This document shows, piece after piece, positions 20,313-28,540 of a stretch of DNA of 64,000 nucleotides. A program made the position numbers and the translations under genes. Under the pieces are notes generated by a model that saw only the letters and a list, made by a program, of their open reading frames with translations, had not been told where the DNA came from and searched no databases. This DNA is from Candidatus Cloacimonadales bacterium (GTDB taxonomy: Bacteria; Cloacimonadota; Cloacimonadia; Cloacimonadales; JAIOQZ01), in assembly GCA_963662655.2 (NCBI GenBank), contig CAXXTU010000002.1, positions 1,824,001-1,888,000 on the forward strand, given 5' to 3'. Positions within the stretch are counted from its first letter, which is position 1. Each line of letters opens with the position of its first letter.

Positions 20313-21605
20313 ATGAATCCAAACAGATTTCTCGGCATCACTTCCTTTGGTGAAAGCCACGGCCCCATGATGGGCGTTGTCATCGAAGACATCAAACCCG
20401 GAATCGATTTTCCGCATCAGGAATTGAGAATACTACTCGACAAGCGCAAGCCTGGCACCGGGGAATTCGACTCTCCACGCAAGGAGAATGACGACTATCA
20501 GGTCGTCTCGGGGCTTTTCAACGGAAAAACAACCGGAATGCCCATCTGCATCCTCTTCCCCAATCGAGACGCCCGTTCGGAAGATTACGAGCGCCTTAGG
20601 GATGTTTTCCGGCCCGGGCATGCCGATTTCACGTTGTTCAAGAAGTTCAAGATACACGATTACCGCGGAGGAGGACATCTCTCGGGGCGCGAGACCATTG
20701 CCCGTGTAGCGGCGTCAGCTCTGGTGACGGACGAAACATCTGGAATTATCGTCACGGCAACGACGGAAAGAATCGGAGAGTTAGCGGCAAACGAGCCTTC
20801 GGGAAAGGGAGACAACGAATTCCACTGGCCTGATGCCGAAACTCTTCCATCTCTTCGGGACTACATTCGAGCGATCAAGGCGGGGGGAGATTCCGTTGGC
20901 GGAGTCCTGCGAATGGAGATCAATGGCGTCCCATCCGGGCTGGGCGATCCGGTCTTCGAGAAGCTGGATGCGAATCTCTCCAAAGCGCTGCTGTCGATCG
21001 GCGGAGTGAAGGGAATCGAGTTTGGCGACGGTTTTTTACTGGGCGGCATGAAGGGAAGCCAGGCGAACGACAGGATGACCGTGGAAGGATTCACGAGCAA
21101 CCATTGCGGGGGAATCCTCGGCGGAATCAGCACCGGGAAGCCCGTCGTGCTGCGTATCGCGATCAAGCCGGTGCCATCCATAGGATTACCGCAGCAAACC
21201 TTACGCCACGACGGCAGCGAGACGATCCTGACGCACACAAGTCGTAGCGACGTGTGTTTGATCCCGCGCATCATCCCGGTCTGCGAGGCGATGATACGCC
21301 TTACGCTGGCCGATGCGCTGGCATATCAAAGACTTATCGAGGGCGCGGAGACAAAGATCGACGATCTTCGAGGTGCGATTGACCGCATCGATGAGGATAT
21401 CCTGAACGCCTTACACAGAAGGGACAGGATTGTCGATGCGATTGCCCTGCTCAAGCGGGAAAAGAACATGCCTGTTCGCGATAGCGCTCGGGAAAAGGAA
21501 CTCATGCAGCGTCTCCTTCAAAAAGCCGATGCCTGGAATCTCGACAAAAAACTTGTCAACCGACTCTGGGATGCAATAATGGAACATAGTCGGAGGAGAC
21601 AATGA
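20313..21605 (+). CDS. aroC: Chorismate synthase fused to a C-terminal AroQ-type chorismate mutase
   Basis: GESHG, RPGHAD, DYRGGG..SGRET, GGILGGIS; then LR..ID.ID..I...L..R...I..LK......VRD..RE. Confidence 0.9.
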   Translation: MNPNRFLGITSFGESHGPMMGVVIEDIKPGIDFPHQELRILLDKRKPGTGEFDSPRKENDDYQVVSGLFNGKTTGMPICILFPNRDARSEDYERLRDVFRPGHADFTLFKKFKIHDYRGGGHLSGRETIARVAASALVTDETSGIIVTATTERIGELAANEPSGKGDNEFHWPDAETLPSLRDYIRAIKAGGDSVGGVLRMEINGVPSGLGDPVFEKLDANLSKALLSIGGVKGIEFGDGFLLGGMKGSQANDRMTVEGFTSNHCGGILGGISTGKPVVLRIAIKPVPSIGLPQQTLRHDGSETILTHTSRSDVCLIPRIIPVCEAMIRLTLADALAYQRLIEGAETKIDDLRGAIDRIDEDILNALHRRDRIVDAIALLKREKNMPVRDSAREKELMQRLLQKADAWNLDKKLVNRLWDAIMEHSRRRQ

Positions 21606-22930
21606 TCATACTTTCCCTTCCCTTTCTAAGCGGCAATTTCCTGAAAAACTATGCAAGCAATATCGGCAGCCGGTACGACTACATCGAGTACCGGCTGGAC
21701 ATGAATAAAGATCCACTGTCCGTGCCGGATGACCTCTTGAACGACCGATGTATCCTTACCTATCGAGGGACGCCGGTACCGAGGATCGCGCTCTGGATAC
21801 GAAAGCAGATTCTACAATACAAGTGTCTGACTGACATGGATATCGAAGCGTATGAGGAGATGGTGACGCCCATTCCGCCACAGAATCTCATCCTTTCACA
21901 CCACGATAACCGGCCCGACTGGAAAATCGAGGAGATTCGTACGATCGTCAAGCGATCGAACGCGATGAAGTCACGCATCCTGAAGCTGGCTCTCAGGATC
22001 GAGCGATACGAGCAGCTTCTTGCCATTCCGGAGTTGATCAAGCTCTCCAAGAAGCCGGTGCTGTTCGTCGGCCTCGGGCCTTTGGGGCATGTAACCCGCA
22101 TTCTGTATTTCGCGCTCGATTCCATCGGAACTTACGTAGGGCTCGATGGCTATCTCACCGCGGAGGGGCAACTCTCCCACACACAAGCAGAGCTGTATCG
22201 GATACGCAATCATCGCTGCGTACCTGGAGGGATCGTCGGCGGAAAGCAGGTGCTGCAATCGCGAGGGATTCCGTTCTACAATGAGTACTTCCAGAAGAAC
22301 GATATTGACGCAGTCTACATCCCATTCCCCGCAGGAGAATTACAGGATTTTCTCTCATGGATCGATCAGAGCGGACTGAAGTTCTACGGCTTCTCCGTGA
22401 CCATGCCGTTCAAGGAGCATTTTGCACCGGGAAATCTGCCTGCCGGAAATACCGTTTCATTCGGAAGAAAGGGTAAAGAGACTTTCTGTACCGATCTGGA
22501 CGCCTTCGAGAGATCGATCGAAGCCCTTGAGATTGAACCGGACGAGACAATCGTGATTTACGGTTCCGGGGCTACGGCTGAACTCGCGCTCCACGCGTTG
22601 AAGGATTACCCAAGTGTGACAATATGCGGCAGAAACCTTCAGAAGACTCAAGCGCTGGCGAGCAAATACGGCAGGAAATCCTCAGATACCATTCCCGGCG
22701 CCGATGTACTGATCAACTGCACCCCTGCGGGAGCCGGGATGAATCCCCTTCCGGAGTTTCCGGACACCGTACGGAAAATCATCGATCTCCCCTATTCATC
22801 GCAGGCAACGCGCCTCATGCGTTTCGCGCAAGAGAGGAAGCTTCCTTACATCGATGGCGTGCAATTCTGGAAGTGGCAGGCAAAGAGACAGCTCGATATA
22901 TTTCTTGCATCCATGGAGGAGAATCGATAA
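21602..22930 (+). CDS. Type I 3-dehydroquinate dehydratase-shikimate dehydrogenase fusion (AroDE)
   Basis: EYRLD, ILTYR, LSHHD, LKLA, TAEGQ; then SVTMPFK, NT, TD, GSGATA, INCTP, DG......QA..Q. Confidence 0.85.
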   Translation: MIILSLPFLSGNFLKNYASNIGSRYDYIEYRLDMNKDPLSVPDDLLNDRCILTYRGTPVPRIALWIRKQILQYKCLTDMDIEAYEEMVTPIPPQNLILSHHDNRPDWKIEEIRTIVKRSNAMKSRILKLALRIERYEQLLAIPELIKLSKKPVLFVGLGPLGHVTRILYFALDSIGTYVGLDGYLTAEGQLSHTQAELYRIRNHRCVPGGIVGGKQVLQSRGIPFYNEYFQKNDIDAVYIPFPAGELQDFLSWIDQSGLKFYGFSVTMPFKEHFAPGNLPAGNTVSFGRKGKETFCTDLDAFERSIEALEIEPDETIVIYGSGATAELALHALKDYPSVTICGRNLQKTQALASKYGRKSSDTIPGADVLINCTPAGAGMNPLPEFPDTVRKIIDLPYSSQATRLMRFAQERKLPYIDGVQFWKWQAKRQLDIFLASMEENR

Positions 22931-23653
22931 ATGAAGAAGCTTATACTCTTATTGGTCATCGTCTCCGCCCTAGCTTTACAAGCGGCAGAGACCGGCAGAT
23001 TCCGGTTCGGCGCGGTGATGGACCCGATGCTCGATCCTACGACCATCGACTCGCTTTTTGCTGAGAGTGACAGCCTTGATCAGATACTATTCGCGGGAAA
23101 AATTGTCAAACCGAGCTTTTTGCCGGACAGCATGTTTGCCCGAGATTCGCTGATCGTAGCGACTGCTACGCAATACGGAGCGTTGTTGTATCCCGTCGGC
23201 TACTCGTTTTCTCCCGAGCTTCCAGCCTATTCGACCTCGATGGTTCGTTGCGGGAATGTTTCCGCTTATGACAATGTTGATATTTTCCATGTGGGAAATA
23301 CAAAAATACGCCTATTCTCGCTCTACACACCGGACACAATCGTGAAACACAAAATCGTTGAACCTTCGCGGTTCCAGTACGATCTGCCGGGTCTTGCGGA
23401 GAAGGCATTCGCGGAGAAAGACTCAGCCTGCTTCGACATCCTGGTAACGAACCTGCCCAAGCATGTCATCAAGAAGCTTTTCGATTCGCCACCTGCGGAT
23501 GCAATCATCTGCTTCGACTACGTTCCGACGAAAAACGAGAAGCTCTTCGATAATCGCACCGCCTTTTACAGTCTTGCCGGCAATCCCAAAGGGATTTTGA
23601 CCGTCTTTGCAGAAAGCGGTGAAATCCGGCTCGAGTGGAGCAAGAGGAAGTAG
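22931..23653 (+). CDS. Exported hypothetical protein
   Basis: Signal peptide MKKLILLLVIVSALALQA; operon context. Confidence 0.7.
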   Translation: MKKLILLLVIVSALALQAAETGRFRFGAVMDPMLDPTTIDSLFAESDSLDQILFAGKIVKPSFLPDSMFARDSLIVATATQYGALLYPVGYSFSPELPAYSTSMVRCGNVSAYDNVDIFHVGNTKIRLFSLYTPDTIVKHKIVEPSRFQYDLPGLAEKAFAEKDSACFDILVTNLPKHVIKKLFDSPPADAIICFDYVPTKNEKLFDNRTAFYSLAGNPKGILTVFAESGEIRLEWSKRK

Positions 23654-23655
23654 GT

Positions 23656-24570
23656 ATGTCCCTCACGCTTTCCGAGGCGCGACAGCAATATTTGCGGAAC
23701 CTGAAGGCTCGTGCCCTCTCTGCGCACACCATCACCGCATACAGGAAGGATATCGAGCAGTTCGAGGAATTTCTCTCTCGATTCTTCGAGTCGGAAGGTA
23801 TTGCATTGAAAGAAATCACACGGCTCATGGTTCGCGACTTTTTGCGAAGCCTGAGCGAGAATGAGCGGTCCAACCGCACGCTGGCACGGAAGGTCACAAC
23901 AATCCGTGCATTCTTCAAGTACTGCGTTTCAAGCGAGCTCGTGGCGGAAAATCCTGTCGCAGGCATGCCGACACCGAAGTTTGGCAAGAAGCTGCCGAAG
24001 TATTTCACGGAAGAAGAGATTCGCAAGCTGCTGGAACTACCCGATCTGACAACGAAATTCGGGATTCGGAACCGCGCGATTCTGGAGCTCCTGTATTCCT
24101 GCGGAATGCGTATCAGTGAGATAGCCAACGCGCGTATCGGGCAGCTTGATCTGCGCCGTGAAATGATTCGTATCATCGGTAAGGGGAACAAAGAGCGGAT
24201 CGTGCCGCTGGGGCAATGGGCTTGCGCTTCTCTGAGAAGCTACCTCAAGGCGCGCGTTCGATTCGAATCGGAGGAGAGCGCGGACTTCCTGTTCCTGTCC
24301 AAGAGCGGAAAGCCTCTCACACCTGACGAGCTGCGGGAAATACTCGATCGCTATATTATTCTGGTCGCAGATACGAAAGGCTATTCCCCACACTCCATCC
24401 GGCATTCGTTCGCAACGCATCTGCTTTCGCACGGCGCGGACCTCAAGGCCGTCCAGGAAATGCTCGGCCACAGCAATCTTTCTACGACCGAAGTCTATAC
24501 CCACCTCACCATCGAAGACCTGCAAAAAGAATATCTGCAAGCACACCCAAGAAGCAAGAAAGAAGACTAG
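23656..24570 (+). CDS. xerC: Tyrosine recombinase XerC/XerD family
   Basis: T..AY..D, LPK, RNRAILELLYS.GMRISE, GKGNKER, HSIRHSFATHLL, LGH, TTEVY. Confidence 0.88.
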   Translation: MSLTLSEARQQYLRNLKARALSAHTITAYRKDIEQFEEFLSRFFESEGIALKEITRLMVRDFLRSLSENERSNRTLARKVTTIRAFFKYCVSSELVAENPVAGMPTPKFGKKLPKYFTEEEIRKLLELPDLTTKFGIRNRAILELLYSCGMRISEIANARIGQLDLRREMIRIIGKGNKERIVPLGQWACASLRSYLKARVRFESEESADFLFLSKSGKPLTPDELREILDRYIILVADTKGYSPHSIRHSFATHLLSHGADLKAVQEMLGHSNLSTTEVYTHLTIEDLQKEYLQAHPRSKKED

Positions 24571-24597
24571 TCCCCTCCGAGATTTACACCCGACGCA

Positions 24598-24712
24598 GCG
24601 CGGGGGCGGCGTGTGCGCTTTGCGCACGATTCATTGCCTTGCGCTTTTGGCGTGATTGAAAAGCGCAAGGCAATGAATCAGGAAGCCTTCGGCTTCCACG
24701 CCGCCCCCGCGC
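24598..24712. repeat. Multi-branched palindromic intergenic element
   Basis: 16-bp perfect outer IR (24598-24613/24697-24712) enclosing a 21-bp perfect hairpin (24628-24648/24659-24679) and two small hairpins. Confidence 0.8.
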
Positions 24713-24746
24713 GGGAACGCCACTCGCCGAAGTCGGACAAGCGGGG

Positions 24747-24777
24747 AAAAAAAAGGTCCGGACGATCGTCCGGACCT
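24747..24777 (-). terminator. Intrinsic terminator of the 24799-27006 gene
   Basis: AGGTCCGGAC/GTCCGGACCT hairpin with T8 tail on the minus strand. Confidence 0.8.
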
Positions 24778-24798
24778 AATAAGCAATCATCAGGCAGC

Positions 24799-27006
24799 TT
24801 ACTTCAGCAACACTGCCTTGCGAATGATTTCCTGTCCACCGGCGTTCAAGCGGACAAAATACACACCGCTGCCGAAGCCATTCGCGTCGAGAACCAGCGA
24901 GCCCTTTCCTTCAGGCTGGTGATAACGTGTTTCCTCAAACACCTTGCGACCTCTCACATCGTAAACCTTCACACGAACATCTGCAGGTTCAGACAGCGTC
25001 CACGCGATATTGGTCATCGGATTGAACGGATTCGGGTGTATCGCCAAATCGAATTCATATGGCGCTATCTGGCCGTCTCCGGACGCTTCCACAAACTGCA
25101 GCGTCACATCGACGTCTTCCAGAATAACACCAACTGTTACGTTCAGCATCTCGACAGTCACCGTTTCGTATGTTTGAAGAGAAAATTCCGCCGAATAAGT
25201 ACCCGGATCCAGGTAAATCAGGTAAACACCGTCTGCACCCGGATGATAAACATCCTCTCCGATGAGTATCGCGACATCTTCAACCGAGCCGGTACCGCCC
25301 TGGAGCGTGACCGTTCCCGAGATACCGCTCAATACAACTGGTTCCAGAACAGCATCAACACCATCGTGAATCTCTCCCTCGACAACCTCGATGCCTTCCA
25401 GCGTTTCGGTCTCGTATCCTTCGAGAGAATACTGGATCGAATAGGTTCCCGGGGCAAGCAGGATGTAATACAAGCCGTCCGCACCGGGATGGTACACATT
25501 GTCCCCAATCTGGATCGCGACATCCTCAACATTTCCTTCGCCACCGTTCAATATAACCAGCCCGGAAATGCCACTCGGTGGCGCAACCGGACCGAGATCG
25601 CCGTTAAAAGATATGTTCTGGGCGTAAATATCCGAGCTGCCGTTTCGACCATCCTCCCAGGCAGCAAAGCAGTAGGAACCATTCGGTGCGGAAACAACCG
25701 GATGTACTTTGTCGCTGGAAACCTGGCAGACGAATTCCGAATTCCCCATCCACGGCATTTCTCCATCCGAATCGACGCGCATGGCTTTAATGTAGCTGCA
25801 ATTAGGATCACCGGAATCGATGAGATAGAAAAGCAGCGCATTACCTTGCCCTGTGACAGTCTGAACAAGCTGCGCACCGAATGGGTACGGATTATCCGAA
25901 CCCATCGCGATGAGCATTGCGCCATTATTTCCCCAGATATGATCGCCATTCTGGTCGAGCCGTTGCCCCGAAAGACCCCGCATATTCTGATCGCCATCCA
26001 TCTCGTTCCAGAAAACCATGACGGTCGATTGCTCGGGATCAGTTACAACAAACGAGTAAAATCCCTGTGTAGCCTGGTTCGTCGAGGCGATCACGCCTCC
26101 ATCGGTATACACCGTTGAACCATCACCGCTCACCCACTGAACGTATATCTCACTCATATTGTCGCTGTCGCGGTCATCGTTCCAGCATATCGCGAAACCG
26201 CCGTTATCGTCCGGCGATATGGAAAGGCGCTGTGTCCACGCCGATATCCCACCTTGCGTGGAGATATTGCACTCAGCGTCCCAAACTTCCTCGAAAGCTC
26301 CTTCATACTTCATCGCGTGAAGGTGACGGGTAGGCGCCCATGTGGGGCCTGTATCCTTGTAATACTTCAGGATGAAACAATCATTCTCGACAGGAACGAT
26401 TTGCGGATGAGTGTAGGTGATTTCCGTATCCGTCAATTCAAAGTAAGGCGAAGCCATGAGCGTTCCATCTGCGGCAACCTTCTGCATGCCAATGCCGTCT
26501 TCCATAATCCAGGCCACGATGATGTAGCCTGATTGCGTTGCGGCTACAGTCGGAACCATGTGCGAAGTCGCATCGTTCGTGATGGCAATTCCGTCATCTC
26601 CCCAGGCGAAGGTTCCATCCGGCTCGATCTTGTAGACCATGATATCCGGGTTGTCGTGATATCGAGTATCCTGGAAGGAGAGAATGAGATTTCCATTCAT
26701 ATCCGAGCAGATATCCCACTGCGTCAACCAGGTCATCTGGGGATTGTCGCTAACAAGGAGACCATTCGCTTCCCATTGCTCGTTTCCATCGACATCGTAA
26801 TATTGAGCTCGCACGTCGTAGTTTCCGGCATCGTTGGAAAACCACGCGATATAGAAACTTCCATCAGCGCATATTGCAGTCTTGGGAATTGCTTGCTCTC
26901 CGCCAAGGTTACATACTACATTGTTTACAGTTGGATCACTGCTCCACTGTGAGAAACAGAACTGAAACGCAAGCAAAATCGAAAAGATCATCAGGAACTT
27001 TTTCAT
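24799..27006 (-). CDS. Secreted protein: beta-rich N-terminus, two tandem carboxypeptidase-regulatory-like domains, T9SS-like C-terminal sorting domain
   Basis: Signal peptide; 82-aa duplicated SGISG.V...GTYS unit; tail PNPFNP...VYDVRGRKV...SGVYFVRL...RKAVLLK. Confidence 0.85.
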   Translation of the reverse strand: MKKFLMIFSILLAFQFCFSQWSSDPTVNNVVCNLGGEQAIPKTAICADGSFYIAWFSNDAGNYDVRAQYYDVDGNEQWEANGLLVSDNPQMTWLTQWDICSDMNGNLILSFQDTRYHDNPDIMVYKIEPDGTFAWGDDGIAITNDATSHMVPTVAATQSGYIIVAWIMEDGIGMQKVAADGTLMASPYFELTDTEITYTHPQIVPVENDCFILKYYKDTGPTWAPTRHLHAMKYEGAFEEVWDAECNISTQGGISAWTQRLSISPDDNGGFAICWNDDRDSDNMSEIYVQWVSGDGSTVYTDGGVIASTNQATQGFYSFVVTDPEQSTVMVFWNEMDGDQNMRGLSGQRLDQNGDHIWGNNGAMLIAMGSDNPYPFGAQLVQTVTGQGNALLFYLIDSGDPNCSYIKAMRVDSDGEMPWMGNSEFVCQVSSDKVHPVVSAPNGSYCFAAWEDGRNGSSDIYAQNISFNGDLGPVAPPSGISGLVILNGGEGNVEDVAIQIGDNVYHPGADGLYYILLAPGTYSIQYSLEGYETETLEGIEVVEGEIHDGVDAVLEPVVLSGISGTVTLQGGTGSVEDVAILIGEDVYHPGADGVYLIYLDPGTYSAEFSLQTYETVTVEMLNVTVGVILEDVDVTLQFVEASGDGQIAPYEFDLAIHPNPFNPMTNIAWTLSEPADVRVKVYDVRGRKVFEETRYHQPEGKGSLVLDANGFGSGVYFVRLNAGGQEIIRKAVLLK

Positions 27007-27120
27007 TCGTACCTCCCTGTTTTGTGCTAAATGATATTCACTATGTCAAATAGTACTCCACTCGGCAGAAATTGTCAAAGTTTGATTTTTTAAAAATTAA
27101 CGAACAGTCGAATACAGACA

Positions 27121-27152
27121 AAAGGAGGTCTCTGAAAACATCCAGAGACCTC
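27121..27152 (-). terminator. Intrinsic terminator of the AraC gene
   Basis: GAGGTCTCTG/CAGAGACCTC hairpin with a short T-run on the minus strand. Confidence 0.6.
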
Positions 27153-27170
27153 TCCAATCATGCGATACGT

Positions 27171-28028
27171 TTATTTAATGGGTATATAGATGTCCATTTC
27201 CGAATCTTCTTGACCATATTTGAAACGGTCGTCATAGAGCTCGAGTTGAGCCTTGGCGTCCATCTCCAGGCCATTCTCCGCAAGCGCGCTACGGAATATT
27301 TCGTTATATGTGTCCCCAAGTGTATCGAGCGCTCCCTTGTGCGTGAACACAGCATACTTTGCCGATGGAACGACATGGGTGATCATCCCCTCGGGCACAT
27401 GTTCCAGCGTTGATACCGATAATCCGACGATGTGCTCGAACGGCGTCTCTTCATCAAAGTCCTTCATATCGACATACGGGCATATTCCAAATGCACGATG
27501 ATCTTCAGTGCGGTTTGGTACCTGATAGCATCGTTTGTTGAATTCGTTCCACAACTGTGGTATCTTGTTTTCCTTCATTGTTGTAACGCATTTAAGCCCT
27601 ATAACTTTAAGTTCTCCAAGTTCAGCGATCCTCGGTTTCATGGTTCCTCCTTTAATGGGTATGACCGATTCCAACAGGTTGATCGGTGCAATGTAATACA
27701 CGGGATAGATGTCTCTCCTTAGTTTTCCTGGTGTCATTCCGTGCTGCTTCTTGAACGCACGGGTGAATGCTTCCTGCGAGAAGAAGCAATACTTCCTCGC
27801 AATGGATCGAATCGATTCTCGCGTGTACAACACTTCATTCCCTGCCTTCGACAAGCGACGAATCCGAATGTACTCCTTGGGAGTATATCCGGTATGCGCA
27901 CTGAATACACGCAGGAAGTGGAACATCGAGAACCCGGAATAGTCCGCGATCGATTCCAGATCGAGGTTTCCCGTCAGATTACGCTCCATGTAATCGATGG
28001 CACACTGCATCGTTCGGCGGTAGTCCAT
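27171..28028 (-). CDS. AraC/Rob-like regulator with C-terminal GyrI-like ligand-binding domain
   Basis: IDYME.NL, FSMFHF.R.F, SQEAFTRAFK..HG.TP; VPEGM....VP..KYAVFTH.G, E.Y, DIYIPI. Confidence 0.9.
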   Translation of the reverse strand: MDYRRTMQCAIDYMERNLTGNLDLESIADYSGFSMFHFLRVFSAHTGYTPKEYIRIRRLSKAGNEVLYTRESIRSIARKYCFFSQEAFTRAFKKQHGMTPGKLRRDIYPVYYIAPINLLESVIPIKGGTMKPRIAELGELKVIGLKCVTTMKENKIPQLWNEFNKRCYQVPNRTEDHRAFGICPYVDMKDFDEETPFEHIVGLSVSTLEHVPEGMITHVVPSAKYAVFTHKGALDTLGDTYNEIFRSALAENGLEMDAKAQLELYDDRFKYGQEDSEMDIYIPIK

Positions 28029-28192
28029 TCAATCTCCATTGCATTGTTTTTAGATCCTCAAGCGCTTTTTGATCTTAATTGCTGTATACACCCCCGTTTC
28101 AAATCGTCAAAGTTTTTCGGCACGCGCACATATAAAAAATCTTGCTCGCCCCAAACCAATCTACGTAAATGGAATGTGGTAAAGGAGGTCTC

Positions 28193-28492
28193 ATGACATT
28201 CACGGATCGTGTGATAAATATCATTCAAGCGATACCCGCAGGAAAGGTCTCCACCTACGGTAAAATCGCCTCGAAGGCAGGCTCCCCGCGCGGAGCGAGG
28301 CAAGTTGTCCGCATTCTGCACACCCAAACGGGGAAGCACGACCTCCCCTGGCATCGCGTCATCAATTCAAAAGGGATGATTTCGCTTCGGCCCGGAGACG
28401 GCTACGAGGAGCAGAAGATGAGATTGCTCATGGAGGGAATCGAGTTTGACAAGGAAGACCGAATCGATCTGAAACAATTTGGCTGGGAATAG
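28193..28492 (+). CDS. Alkyltransferase-like (ATL, MGMT family) protein
   Basis: IPAGKVSTYG, ARQV, LPWHRV (Trp replaces the catalytic Cys); AAGGAGG SD. Confidence 0.9.
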   Translation: MTFTDRVINIIQAIPAGKVSTYGKIASKAGSPRGARQVVRILHTQTGKHDLPWHRVINSKGMISLRPGDGYEEQKMRLLMEGIEFDKEDRIDLKQFGWE

Positions 28493-28521
28493 AAAAGGGC
28501 GCTCATCCAAGCGCCCTTTTT
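28493..28521. terminator. Bidirectional intrinsic terminator
   Basis: AAAAGGGCGCT...AGCGCCCTTTT between convergent genes. Confidence 0.8.
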
Positions 28522-28540
28522 AATGTATCTATGCAGATGC

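Noticed and set aside
22931..23653. Degenerate 5'-nucleotidase/metallophosphoesterase fold
   Set aside because: Only a vague pattern resemblance, with no metal-ligand motifs visible
23656..24570. Tyrosine recombinase as prophage or integron integrase
   Set aside because: Xer-typical length and motifs, no IntI-specific insertion apparent, embedded in a housekeeping operon with no phage genes
24613..26118. 501-aa plus-strand ORF
   Set aside because: Antisense shadow of the secreted protein gene, starting inside a palindromic element, with no recognisable motifs
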